From NCBI GenBank assembly GCA_000004985.1, contig GG738882.1: 64,000 bases of DNA. One strand, given 5' to 3'. The notes beneath the pieces are model-generated. The model had not been told where the DNA came from. It worked only from the letters and a program-made list of their open reading frames with translations, and did no database searches. This DNA is from Naegleria gruberi. Its lineage: Eukaryota. The translations under genes and the position numbers were made by a program. Each line of letters opens with the position of its first letter. Positions within the stretch are counted from its first letter, which is position 1. Positions 44,759 to 55,818 of this stretch are shown here, piece after piece.

Positions 44759-47700
44759 TTATTTCTTAGTATCACCAGAATAGAGGGAGATGATAGAATC
44801 GGTTGATCCAGCTGCTAAACACATTCTGAAAGGATGGAATGCAAGACATGAAATTGGACCAATTCTTTGACCTAAAAATCCGTCATGATAATAAATCATG
44901 CTTAATGTTTCACCTGATGTGTTGAAAACTTTGATGAATTGGTTATTGCTACCACAAGCCAATACAGGAGCATAATTATGGATGGCTAATGCTGTCATCG
45001 ATCCCTTATGAGCGTTGAATTGTCTTGTGCATTTGTTAGTAACTCTAGTATCCCAGAACATGATATCACCACTAGAATAACCAGTGATAACTTGATTGCT
45101 ATTGACATTTTGAATCTTGGCACTTACTACCCAATTCTTACTGACTTCTTCATAATTTGAAATAAGTTGGTGAGTAAGTACTGGTCCACTATTTGGTGAT
45201 TCTCTCTTGTCGAATAAGAGAACTTTACCATCACTACAACCAGCAGCAAAGAGATATCCATTATTTGGATCAGCCGCAATACTCGTAACTGGAACATCCA
45301 GAGGAATATTTTGAACACAATATTCCTTATCGACATCCCAAATCTTGACTTTTTCAATATCACCAGTGACATAAAGTGTACCATTGTGTTGTTGCCATTC
45401 TGTTAAAATTCCCAGACCTGAATCACTGCTGAGGGCTTCATGAGCAGCTCGGAAAGAAGATACTGGCTCTTCTTTCTTTTCATAATTCTTATAGATTGCA
45501 ACATTACCAGCTGCTGATGCAACCAACAACATGGATTGCTCTGCCTCTTCGTTAATGATATGGAAATCTGTAATTCTACTCTTGAGAATGTCACCACATC
45601 TAAATTGATTCACAATAGCACCTCTAACCCAATTCCAAACACTTAAACCATCATTCTCATCAGAAACTACTAAATATGGTTCAAATCCATGGAATTTCAT
45701 TTGAGAACAAATTTCACTTTCATTTCCAAAGAAACCAATTTGTTCTTCCAACTTCTTTTTACCAGCAACCTTGAGCATTGTATTGGCTTCCTTAACCAAA
45801 TGCTCGTTTCTCTTTCTTCTCTTAAGAACTTGTTGGGATACAAAGCTGTCATCCTTTGGTGAATTCTCGGTAAGAATTGGATTTGAAAAATATTCACAAC
45901 TTCTTTCATAAAAGTTTGATTTCATGAATATCATATTACTGTTAGAAGAAGAGGTGACATCCAAGCTGTCAGAGTCAGTATCTTCATCAGAATAATTGCT
46001 TTGTTGATTAACAAATCCGGCTTTCAAAAAGTCAGAATCACTAGCGCTTCTTCTCATTGATAATTTGTCAATCAATCTCTTTTGCATTGGCTTGGCTGGA
46101 CTCTTTGGAGTATTTTGAGTATTATTGAATGCCTTTTCTTTGATGAGGAAGAGTTCTCTTTCGAAATCTTCATCGTTCAATTTTGAGTAAGTATACCTCA
46201 TAAAGCTCAGAATCTTGTGGGCTTCTTCGGCAACTTCGCGAACAGGATCAAAACACAACATAATAGCCACTCTACAAACGTCAAGAGCAAAATATGAAAG
46301 TTGACCAAGCTCTCTATCCTTCATATCTTTGAGAACTCGGGCATCCTTTGGAGTGGAAGGTTGAGTGGTAACTTCATCAACAGGTTTTCTTTCCTTCTTT
46401 TTCTTCTTCTTTTGTTGGAATATTAAAGTATTAGGTGATGATGAGTTTGAACCAGAAACCAAAATTGGTGTTGGGGCATTGTTGAGGTAGTGAGTTTCTT
46501 CCTTAATTATGGATTTCAAAAGTTCTGGTGCAATAAATTCGCCATATTGTTGAATAAATGTACCAAGAGCATAAACTAGCTCCTTTCTAACCATTGGAGA
46601 ACCATCCAAAATTGTTTGATAAAGAGCAGTGCAAATCTTGATTTCTCCTTGTACTCTTTCTTCGGATTTTTCTGGCTTATTTCCAACAAACTTTTGAAGA
46701 GTGAAAATACTTGCTGCTCTAACTTCTGGTACATCATCATTTAAAAGTCTTAAAACTTTTTCATGAGTAGTAGATTTGATAGCCAATTCTTGACCTTCAT
46801 CAAAATCTTCAACGAGCTTTGCAATCAAGAGACATGCCCACTTTCTAAGAATTGGATCTTGTTCAGTCAATTGAGAGGAGCAAAGATCAAACAAGTTCTT
46901 ATATTTGAGACATGCTTGTTGGCCAGGATTAAATCTATCTGCAATAACTGATAAAACAAAGCAAGACATTGCTCTCAATTCAGTATCATTATTTCTTTCA
47001 ACTAGTACATTGATGAAATAGCTATGACCATGATCCTTTACAAGATCAATTTGGCATGGTTTGTCGAGTGCCAAAATTTTAGTCCAAATAAATACTAAAA
47101 TTCTTCGAAGTTCTACAGAGTTACTTTGGAGAAGTTTGAGAACGTATGGGAAAATACCAACAGAGAGAGCCAAGTTTACAGCCCAGCTTCCCATATCCAA
47201 AAATCTTCCCAATAATGTGAGAGCTCTCAAACGATGGCTTTGACTGAGTAAAACTTGAAGTAAGATTGGGAGTTGTGTTGGTGGTTTTTGAATTCTATGA
47301 CCAAATTCCAACCAAACTTGGAAATCTGTAAGTTGTGCAGAGAAGAATGGGTTATATTGATATTCAGCACTTGGATTGTTAAATAAGTTAGGAAGTTGTG
47401 ATACACATTGGTCAAGAGCCAAATCCCATGCATCCCACATTGGATGGTTGTGTGTTTCAGGTAATTTAGGATAGCTTACTGGTGTACAATTAGCTGATCT
47501 CATAATTCTATCAGCCAACAAGAAATTTCTAAACAAACTAGCAACAAGAAGATCTTGTCTGAAAAGTTTGTGGAATAAATCTCTTGGTAAAACATTCCAA
47601 GCAATAGTATCAGTAACTGCAGTAAAGATCCAATTCAATTCACCAAGAGGTGTTCTTCTGTCATTGATTCTACCTGGAATATTTTCTATCAAGTCATCAG

Positions 47701-48838
47701 TAACTCCAGAAACGAGCTTATTACGTTGTCTAAACCATCTCAATGCAATTTTGATAGGTGTAGTAAGACATGATGTGAATAAATCAGCTGGGTATTCAGG
47801 ATTCATTGGTAAATTTTCTTTAACTCCACAAGCTGCTAAAATAATATTTTCCTTCTTCATGACACTTCCTCTTGGAGGAGCATCTTTTTGTTCAATAATT
47901 TGAATAAAACTATTCAAAATTATTCCGGCATTAGAGCAATCAAAAACATAAATTGAAGGAGAATCCATCCAACAATACAGATCATAAAGTGACAATGGAA
48001 TATACTGAGTAAAGGTCTTATTGAAAACCCAAATTTCACCATTTGTTGTTGGTTTTGGAACACCGTGACCATTGTAATGGAACAGTATTCTCTCCTTTTT
48101 AGCACTTTTTCTTAACTGTACACAAGTTTTTTTAACATCTTCAACAGTAGGATCAAGACATTGCTTATATCTTGCTCTTGGTTGCCAACGTTCATATTGT
48201 AATTTCAAATTACTACCAATAGCTTCCAAAGCCTTTTGTGGATGAGTTTGAGGATCAACCCAACACTCCAACTTTGCACAAGGTTGAACCTTGACAACAT
48301 CTGGAGGATCAACTCCAATATTCAAACAAACAACAAGTGCAACGTGAACAGTTTTTAACTAAATTCAAAATTATTAAATATGAAATTGGTATATATTTCT
48401 ACTACTTACTCTTTGTTTCATTCTCCAATCTATAACTTCTCTAGGTACTGGAGTAAAAACTTGATGTCTATCACTTGTGAAAAAGAGAGGCTTGTTTGGA
48501 AGGTTAGTAGATTTTCTTCTTCTAGATTTTGTCAATCTAAACGAAGCTAAACCATCAGAACTTTGACCAAATGGTGGAGAAATAGATGTGTTTGATGAAG
48601 GAGAAACATTGTTCATACTCGGAGTTGAAAGACCTTGATTATTTTGAGAGTAACCATCATCATAATAATCCCCTCCTAGAGTTGATCTTCCTGATTGAGC
48701 ATATTTTGGCTCATTTTCAAAGTTTTCTTCATCATCATTTTGTTGTTGATTGTTTGGTTCATCATTATCGATATCATCATTATCGTCATCTTGATTTGTT
48801 CTCCTTCTGGAGTTTTCTTCATAATCGTTTGGAATCAT
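44759..48838 (-). CDS. RPTOR: Regulatory-associated protein of TOR (Raptor), 2 exons
   Basis: Exon 1 is 48410..48838 and begins MIPNDYEE... A 51-nt intron AGA|gtaagt...gaatttag precedes exon 2 at 44759..48358. The spliced [42 protein letters not shown] matches human [42 protein letters not shown]. The RNC caspase-like domain, HEAT/ARM region and C-terminal WD40 repeats are present. Total length is about 1342 aa. Confidence 0.9.
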
Positions 48839-49401
48839 TGTTTAGATGATGATTTTTGTTATTTAAATTCTACTACTATATTCGTATTTGTGGAAAGTAA
48901 ATATGTGTGTGGTGTTCTGAGTAATGTCCTATTATTATTTCTTGTCAAAATAATTCATTTCAATGTAAATACGCTTCACGACCACACAACGTATTTTTTT
49001 AATTTGATTAAAAAAAAATATTAATATTTTAAATACCAAGAAGAATTGCACGCGACAGCTTGTGATATTTTCGGCTAAGAGAGAAGATGATTGCCAACCC
49101 AATTAGTTTCAATTACTAAAGATTAATTTTTCGGATTTTATTTACGAACAATTGCCTTTTGCTTTTGGTATTATTGAAAGTTAAATTTAGCAATTTTTGA
49201 TAATATCATAGATCTTTTGCAGAGATGGAATTGATACCAACCACAGAAACTTTCTCAAAGAAGCTTACTTTCATATTTCAATCCAACCCAATGTTTACAA
49301 CCAAGTAATGGACGTTATTACTTCGTTGTCCATAAAAAAATTAAGGTCATTCCAATAAAAAAACAAAAATACTGCCTTATATGTGAACCTATAGGTTTAG
49401 T

Positions 49402-50664
49402 TTATTTGAAGAATAAAATTCCATAATCTAGGATCTGCATTTTGTACAAGTCTTTGTAGCTTTGTTGATGTGGAGCTAAAGAAGGATTATAGCCTGTTTG
49501 TCTGTTACTAGCTTTCAGGTTTTGAAGATGACAATATTTAACACCCTCCTTTCCATCAGGATGTTCACCTCCAAACAGTAATCTGTAATGTACATTTTGA
49601 GACCAGGTAGCAAACTTTAACTCGTCACGGTAAAGTTGAACTAGTTCAGTGGCCAGTCTATCATCGTTGAAATTTCTATTGGCACCTTGGTAAAATGTGG
49701 TATTTCTCTTTTGGTGGTATTTTTGTCTGGATGTCTTACTGAAAATATCATAAACACAGGCAAGAGTTAGCACTTGCTTACTGTTTGTGAGCTTGATTAA
49801 TAATTCTACAGAACGTTCCCAATTTTTTCTGTCATATGCATTGTGAGGCTTGTAGTACTGAGATAGACTGTTAACTACTATACACTTGTATGAATTCAAT
49901 TGTTCCAAGTTTTGAAAATTATCCTTTAGGGATTCTCTTTCAGCTGATAAATCTTCATTTTCCATTAATTGCTTTTCTCTCATCATGTTACTCTCGTTGT
50001 GTCTCCTGTGTAGTGCTTCAAAGGCAAGGGCAAGTTGAAAGGAATTGTCAACTCTAAAAATATGAATTCTGCTCAATACTTCCAACACAAATGAATTATA
50101 ACTAATTTCTGATGCATCAAAGATTTCTTCCACAATCATTTCCTCTGATATCGAACTAAAATCAATCATCTCTCCAGATTTTCGTTTCATATCATAGAAG
50201 GCCTTATAAATATTCATTTCTACAATTTCTATAAATCTTGGTTTTTCAAATTTATCATCCAAATCAAAATACAGAACTTGACATCCTTCTCTTGGTTTAG
50301 TCTTTTCATCCCCAGAGAATTGTAGAGTTTTAAAATGTGAAGGCATAGCAATATGACACATGGCAGTATAACAAGTTTGTGTAATACCCTGCCCTTCATT
50401 TCCATACAATTCAACAATAGTTCCTCCCAATTTCATCTCTCCGATCACTTGATCAAACGGTTCAACACCTGTCTGCAGTGCATCAGTTCTTTTTCTCTTG
50501 AAAAAACTTAAAGCATTCTCCGAATAAACCTTATTATCAAGAAATAGAGAATTTGTTTCCTTTGATGTACTCGTTCCGACAATACTATTAATTTGTGAGT
50601 CACATTCCATCTCCGATGAGGAGAAGCCAAACAAGAGACTTTGAAACTCTGGTGCTAGCTGCAT
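49402..50664 (-). CDS. RAD51-paralog-like RecA-fold protein (XRCC2, RAD51D or XRCC3-like) with a degenerate Walker A
   Basis: FDQVIGEMKLGGTIVELYGNEGQGITQTCYTAMCHIAMP fits the Rad51-family pattern lD.lLgGGi..G.itEl.G..GsGKTQlc. GQGIT stands in place of GSGKT, so the lysine is lost. VLYFDLDDKF is Walker-B-like. Confidence 0.4.
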   Translation of the reverse strand: MQLAPEFQSLLFGFSSSEMECDSQINSIVGTSTSKETNSLFLDNKVYSENALSFFKRKRTDALQTGVEPFDQVIGEMKLGGTIVELYGNEGQGITQTCYTAMCHIAMPSHFKTLQFSGDEKTKPREGCQVLYFDLDDKFEKPRFIEIVEMNIYKAFYDMKRKSGEMIDFSSISEEMIVEEIFDASEISYNSFVLEVLSRIHIFRVDNSFQLALAFEALHRRHNESNMMREKQLMENEDLSAERESLKDNFQNLEQLNSYKCIVVNSLSQYYKPHNAYDRKNWERSVELLIKLTNSKQVLTLACVYDIFSKTSRQKYHQKRNTTFYQGANRNFNDDRLATELVQLYRDELKFATWSQNVHYRLLFGGEHPDGKEGVKYCHLQNLKASNRQTGYNPSLAPHQQSYKDLYKMQILDYGILFFK

Positions 50665-50914
50665 TTTTTTATTTTATTTTTTAATTAAATGTCTATTTTT
50701 AAGTGGAAGAATTTTTCCAGATTATTTTGGAAGCAATCATTTCAAATGAAAATAATTTGACAGTTTTGAATTAGAATTGGAAAACATGAATAACTTTTAC
50801 AATAATCTCTAAACTTTTAAATATGAGATATTTTATAAACGTCTTTTAAGAGATGAATAATAAACTATTTAAACTTGTAGATTGTAATAAGTTTCCAACA
50901 AGCTATTAGAAAAA

Positions 50915-51154
50915 ATGTTAGAAAGTGAAAACAAAGAATGCAAAGCGACAAAGCTTCTCAAGTCTTTGGGTTATTCCTCCCCAAAGAAATTAACTGATAG
51001 AGGCGAAAGAAACACCATAAAAATAACTCTCTTTGAGGCTGAAATTCTTAAAGACCTCAATTCCAAAGAGAAAGTTGTAATTCGAATGGTTGAAAATCTC
51101 GATCCAGAAGTACTAGTAGAGTTCGAAAAGGAATATGAAGCTGCTAAAATATAA
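50915..51154 (+). CDS. Hypothetical small ORF (79 aa); possibly a 5' remnant of the downstream kinase-like gene
   Basis: An ATG ORF with KVVIRMVENLDPEVLVEFEKE, a weak resemblance to kinase subdomains II-III. It ends 4 nt after another frame opens that contains a DFG-like motif. Confidence 0.2.
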   Translation: MLESENKECKATKLLKSLGYSSPKKLTDRGERNTIKITLFEAEILKDLNSKEKVVIRMVENLDPEVLVEFEKEYEAAKI

Positions 51155-52819
51155 ATATAAAGATCAGATCCGTTGGAAGACATGTCTCTTCACTGGATGT
51201 CTCATTTTGCAAGACTAGTTGTTCTAAATCACTGAAATATTTTGGCATTTCAAAAATCAAGTATTTTTCATAAGGTATTACCTTGTTGATTTTTACAATA
51301 TTTGGATGATTAATATCTTTTAATTCAAGTTACTTCTCCTCCTGAATTATATAGTGAAACATATGATGTTTGGGAGTTGGGAGCTATTATTTATCAAATG
51401 ATAACTGGTGATTTAACAACCACGTTTCGTCTATTGCAACCTCACCAATTAAGAATGCATTTATATGGAACTGATGAAGAGAATCAAGTTGTAACAGATG
51501 GTTTGTATCAGAAAAGATTGAGGAATAGCTATATGGTCCCATACTTGTGGTCCTGTTTTCAGAATCATGCAAAGAGGATTCCTTCTGTTGCAATTATGGA
51601 GGAAATACTTGCTCAATTTTACTTTTATGTTTCGAATACAAAGAAGATTTTGACAAAGGAAAGAAAGGAAAAACCAAAGGAATTTTTCGTGTTGAACTTT
51701 TTCCAACACTTAGCAACAAACGAGGACAAGTTTGAAGAAATTCTCAAAATGGAATCTAAAGACATGAATAATACAGAGCTATACATTAAGAATGTGTTCA
51801 ACACCATGTTTGGTAATAAGGGAGTTTTCAATGTAAAAGAAGGAGAATCCAGTAATGAGTTGAAGAAATATTCTGTGTACTTTAACAAATTTCAAGGGTT
51901 TTATATGTTATTCAATGAGAAGTTTGACACGGCAAAGACTATCTTCCAAAACGTGTTGAATATTCATGCACATGATTTCACAGCATTTAATAATAAGGCC
52001 TTGGTTGATATGGCTTTTTCCAAGTTGGATGCAAACGGGGAATCAAAGAAATATTTGTCAGATGCCAAATCAGGTTTGATGCAAGCTATCAACAACGATC
52101 CTTTTTATGTTAGTGCACTAGTCAATCTTGCCAATATTTATGAATTCGAAGGAGAAACTCATAAAGCGACAGAAAATTACGACAAGGCTTGTAAATATTC
52201 CAGAATAGATCGTCAGAAATTCAATTCCCATCTTAACAGGGCTATTTTCAAAGCGCAGCAATGTTCATTTGATGAAGCACATAGTGATATCAATGAACTA
52301 TTGGCCATATTTACTCAATCTCCAATCATTCATGCCACCAAACAATTAATTAAGTGGATGCAATTGAGAAGTATTCCAACTTCCGCATCTGATTTTGTCA
52401 AGTTGGAAAATGAAATTTTGGAAGAATTTATGCATTTAGAGAAAGTTAAATACCTTCAAAATAATATTCCTTTCCAATTATATAAGGTGCTTTTCTATTT
52501 CCACAAACAGATACTCAAGAAGGATTCTCTCAAGCTATTGAAAGATATATTCCCTAATAAGGTTGAACCAAAAGTTCTATTCTGTTCCACCATTGTAAAT
52601 AGATTCTCTCTGCAATACTTTGAAAATGGAGAAATTCAAACCATTCCTCTTTTCAGAAATGAAATTTTGGATCTACTCAATGAATTGGAATTGTGTCCTC
52701 TTGAAAAAAGACCTGAATTTTCAGTTAATGATTTAGTTCAACTTTCGAGAGGTGATTATCCTTCCCTCACTCTCAAAATCAAAAATCTTACTAATCTTCT
52801 GTTAGGTATCAATTATTGA
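51148..52819 (+). CDS. Kinase-like (probably pseudokinase) C-lobe fused to a TPR-like helical domain; gene model unresolved and possibly a pseudogene
   Basis: The 51148..51264 frame encodes RHVSSLDVSFCKTSC...SLKYFGISKIK, with HxD-like and YFG in place of DFG. The 51330..52819 frame encodes (L)TSPPELYSETYDVWELGAIIYQMITG, which are subdomains VIII-IX, then TPR-like repeats (YVSALVNLANIYEFEGETHKATENYDKACKY...). The frames cannot be joined by a clean canonical intron. One option is a 94-nt intron from AA|gtattt to tatatag|T, which would delete the APE-like segment. Confidence 0.4.
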
Positions 52820-53078
52820 TTGAAGTTTCAAATTAACTATTCTCAACTAATCAAAAAGACTTTCCATTAAGACACATGTTTTCACAATCGATCATTCCCA
52901 GTATGCAACAAAAACCTTCTCAAAAACAAATTAAAAACAAGAATATTTTAAACCTTTGGATTTCGCTCTTCGAATGTAGCACCTCCTCATAGCCCGACGT
53001 TGTCAGAAACTCACATCCGATTCCTTGCATTTTCACATCATAAGCAGCAACAATTCAACATTATTTAGTATTAAAAAA

Positions 53079-54398
53079 ATGTCTGTTGTTATCACTGGTG
53101 GATGTGGTTGTATTGCTCAACATTTGGTGAGGGAATTAATCATCAATAATGAGAAAATGGCACTTGGTGTCGAGAATATAATTTTGTTGGATGTGAGACC
53201 GAATTGGAGACCTTTCTGGCATGATTATAAAGAACTGGAGGGATCACAAGGGGATCATGATCGGTTGAGACCCTATCCAACACTAGAACAGGAAAAGATT
53301 GTGAAATTTTACTCTGTTGATTTGAGTAATAAGGAAAAATTGGAAGAACTTTTTGAGAATGAATTGATTCCTAATTTCCCAAATTTGAGTACTATATTCC
53401 ATGTCTTGTCAACAACAGTGTTGTGGTCTCCAACCTTTGATATTTATGATAAGATTAATGTGAAATTGACAGAAACCTTGTTGGATATTAGTTACAAGTA
53501 TGATTCGATTAAGAATTTTATTTATACTAGTTCTGGATCGATATTTTGGAGAGAATTCAATGAAAAGAACAAACGATTGGAGCTCAGAGAGGAAGAATAC
53601 CAAACTGTTGAAAGAGATGAGAAGGGTTATGTGAAAAATGTTAAACTTCACTTTTCAACTCCACCATCAAGTATGGATTACAGCTATGTTCGTAGTAAAC
53701 AATTGGCGAATGAGATGGTTGTTGAGAGAACATTCAGAGACAAGTCCAAGCATCTGAATACTGTTTCTCTGGCCTTGTGTATGTCAATTTATGGTGAATC
53801 TGAAATTCAAATCTCTAATAGTGTGACACAACCTTACATTTTGAACAAATCAGGAGGAAAGGGACATAATTTATATTCTGGAAATGCAGCCTATGCTCAC
53901 GTAATGGTATTCAAGGCAATGCAAGATCAGGAAAAGGCAAATAGAATGAGAGGATTGACCTACATGATTTATGACAACAACGTTGGTCAATTACACAATG
54001 AAGCAGTTAGAGGAATAATGAAATGCGTAACTGGAGATGCAGAAACCTATAGCGAGGATAGATCTGAAGCAGTTTCTTTAAAAATTCTCTATGCTATCTG
54101 GTACTATTTCTGTGTAGTCAATTTCTTCGTCTATTTATTAACCTTACTCGTTCCACAAGCCAAAAAGTGGTACTTTATGCCATTCATTACTGCATTTATC
54201 ATTGATATTACTTATTTGGATAGATATATGGTGTGTAAGACATTGAATGCAAAGAATGATTTTGGATATGAAGAAAAATACACCACCCAAGACAATTACT
54301 CTCAAATAGCTCTACACTTTAAAATATTGGAAAAACAAGGTAAAATGAAACTCCACAGATTGCCACCAGTTAACAAATCTGATAAGAAATCATTATAA
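53079..54398 (+). CDS. 3-beta-hydroxysteroid dehydrogenase / sterol-4-alpha-carboxylate 3-dehydrogenase family (NSDHL/ERG26-like) with a C-terminal membrane segment
   Basis: The start MSVVITGGCGCIAQHLVREL is a Rossmann TGGxGxxG motif. The YxxxK catalytic motif is in DYSYVRSKQLAN. A hydrophobic C-terminal stretch is present. The track M at 53025 lies upstream, and the ATG at about 53079 is preferred. Confidence 0.7.
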   Translation: MSVVITGGCGCIAQHLVRELIINNEKMALGVENIILLDVRPNWRPFWHDYKELEGSQGDHDRLRPYPTLEQEKIVKFYSVDLSNKEKLEELFENELIPNFPNLSTIFHVLSTTVLWSPTFDIYDKINVKLTETLLDISYKYDSIKNFIYTSSGSIFWREFNEKNKRLELREEEYQTVERDEKGYVKNVKLHFSTPPSSMDYSYVRSKQLANEMVVERTFRDKSKHLNTVSLALCMSIYGESEIQISNSVTQPYILNKSGGKGHNLYSGNAAYAHVMVFKAMQDQEKANRMRGLTYMIYDNNVGQLHNEAVRGIMKCVTGDAETYSEDRSEAVSLKILYAIWYYFCVVNFFVYLLTLLVPQAKKWYFMPFITAFIIDITYLDRYMVCKTLNAKNDFGYEEKYTTQDNYSQIALHFKILEKQGKMKLHRLPPVNKSDKKSL

Positions 54399-54595
54399 AT
54401 TATATTCGAATGTTATGTGCTTTTCGACAACATATTTTAACAAGATTCTTATTGTTTGCAAATCTCAATCTAATTGCCATGTAAACACACTCCCAATTTC
54501 TAATGTTAAATTTCATTCACTGCTCGTTTAAATCATAATTTGAAACAAAAATTAGAAAATAAATTTAAAAATAAAAAATTCTCATTAAAAAAAAA

Positions 54596-55750
54596 ATGTC
54601 CACGCCAGCAGATTCTGTTACTCCCACCGATCATACAACTACAACAACATCAATGGAGGATGATCCACAAAATACAGTAGTAACATCAAATTCTCGTGAA
54701 CAGGAGGATAAAGCGATGGCTGCTTTGGATTTATTCGGAGATCATGATGGTGGTGTAACAAAAATAACAACAACAACAAGTGGTGATAATAATAATATGG
54801 CTGATGAAGATGATGACGATGATGATGATTTATCTGATGATGATGACGATGGAGTTACTTTTGTGACTAGTACAGAAACTGCAGCACAAGCAGCTACAAC
54901 AAAACCAACAGAAGTTACACAAATTGCTATCGGTGATTCTAAAAACAATGTTAAAAGTCAAGCTAACAAATCTGTGGATTCACAATCAATTAATGGAGAT
55001 CAATTTAAAGGAAGTGGTTATGTAGAACTTTTTCCACTCAAGATGAATGAAAATGTCTTCTTCAATGATTTACAAAATTATGAAGATAAACCTTGGAGAA
55101 AACCTGGAGCAGATATTACAGATTATTTTAATTATGGTTTTAATGAGGAAACATGGGAATTGTACATTCAAAAACAAAGAGAATTGAGAGGAGTTTATTC
55201 ATCAAATTCCGAAAGAAGTAAATATGAGTCGAGGGATCAAAGAGGTTCTTCTAGGGATCCTCGTTCATCAGGAAAGGACGATAGATCTGGAAGACCACCT
55301 GCCTCTCCTGTCAGTACAACTAGTAGCAATAGTGATGATAGACGATATGATAGAAGAGACGATGATAGATATGGAAGAAGATATGATAGAAGAGATGACA
55401 GAAGAGACGATAGAAGAGACGACAGGCCAAGAGACGATAAGAGAGACATTAAGAAAGATAATACCCCAACTAGAGATTCAGATTACAATGATAAGAAGAG
55501 ACCTATTTCATCTTTGGAAAGTCCAAAATCTTCTTCATCAAACAGAGATAGTAGGGATAGTAGGGACAGTAGAGATAGTAGAGACGGAAGAGACTCAAAG
55601 CCTTATGGAGGAAAAGATAGCTACTATGGTGGCGATAGAGGAAGAGGTGGATCAAGCAGTGGTGGACGAGGAGGAAGCTCTTATGGAGGTAGCTCAAGTA
55701 GTAGCAGTGGTGGCAATAGAGGAGGAGATCCTAAGAAACAAAAACGTTAA
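54596..55750 (+). CDS. FIP1: Pre-mRNA 3'-end processing factor FIP1
   Basis: The conserved Fip1 motif is [35 protein letters not shown]. An acidic poly-D N-terminal region and an RD/RS/RG-rich C-terminal tail are present. The start follows an A10 run. Confidence 0.8.
   Translation: MSTPADSVTPTDHTTTTTSMEDDPQNTVVTSNSREQEDKAMAALDLFGDHDGGVTKITTTTSGDNNNMADEDDDDDDDLSDDDDDGVTFVTSTETAAQAATTKPTEVTQIAIGDSKNNVKSQANKSVDSQSINGDQFKGSGYVELFPLKMNENVFFNDLQNYEDKPWRKPGADITDYFNYGFNEETWELYIQKQRELRGVYSSNSERSKYESRDQRGSSRDPRSSGKDDRSGRPPASPVSTTSSNSDDRRYDRRDDDRYGRRYDRRDDRRDDRRDDRPRDDKRDIKKDNTPTRDSDYNDKKRPISSLESPKSSSSNRDSRDSRDSRDSRDGRDSKPYGGKDSYYGGDRGRGGSSSGGRGGSSYGGSSSSSSGGNRGGDPKKQKR
55546..55584. repeat. 12-bp tandem repeat (agggatagtagg-like) encoding (SRD)n within FIP1
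   Basis: agggatagtagggacagtagagatagtagagac encodes [11 protein letters not shown]. Confidence 0.5.
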
Positions 55751-55818
55751 ATTATTCTCAATAATTATTTTTCTAAGCTTTTGTAAAATTTAAAAAATTT
55801 AAAATTTCTTTTTATAAT

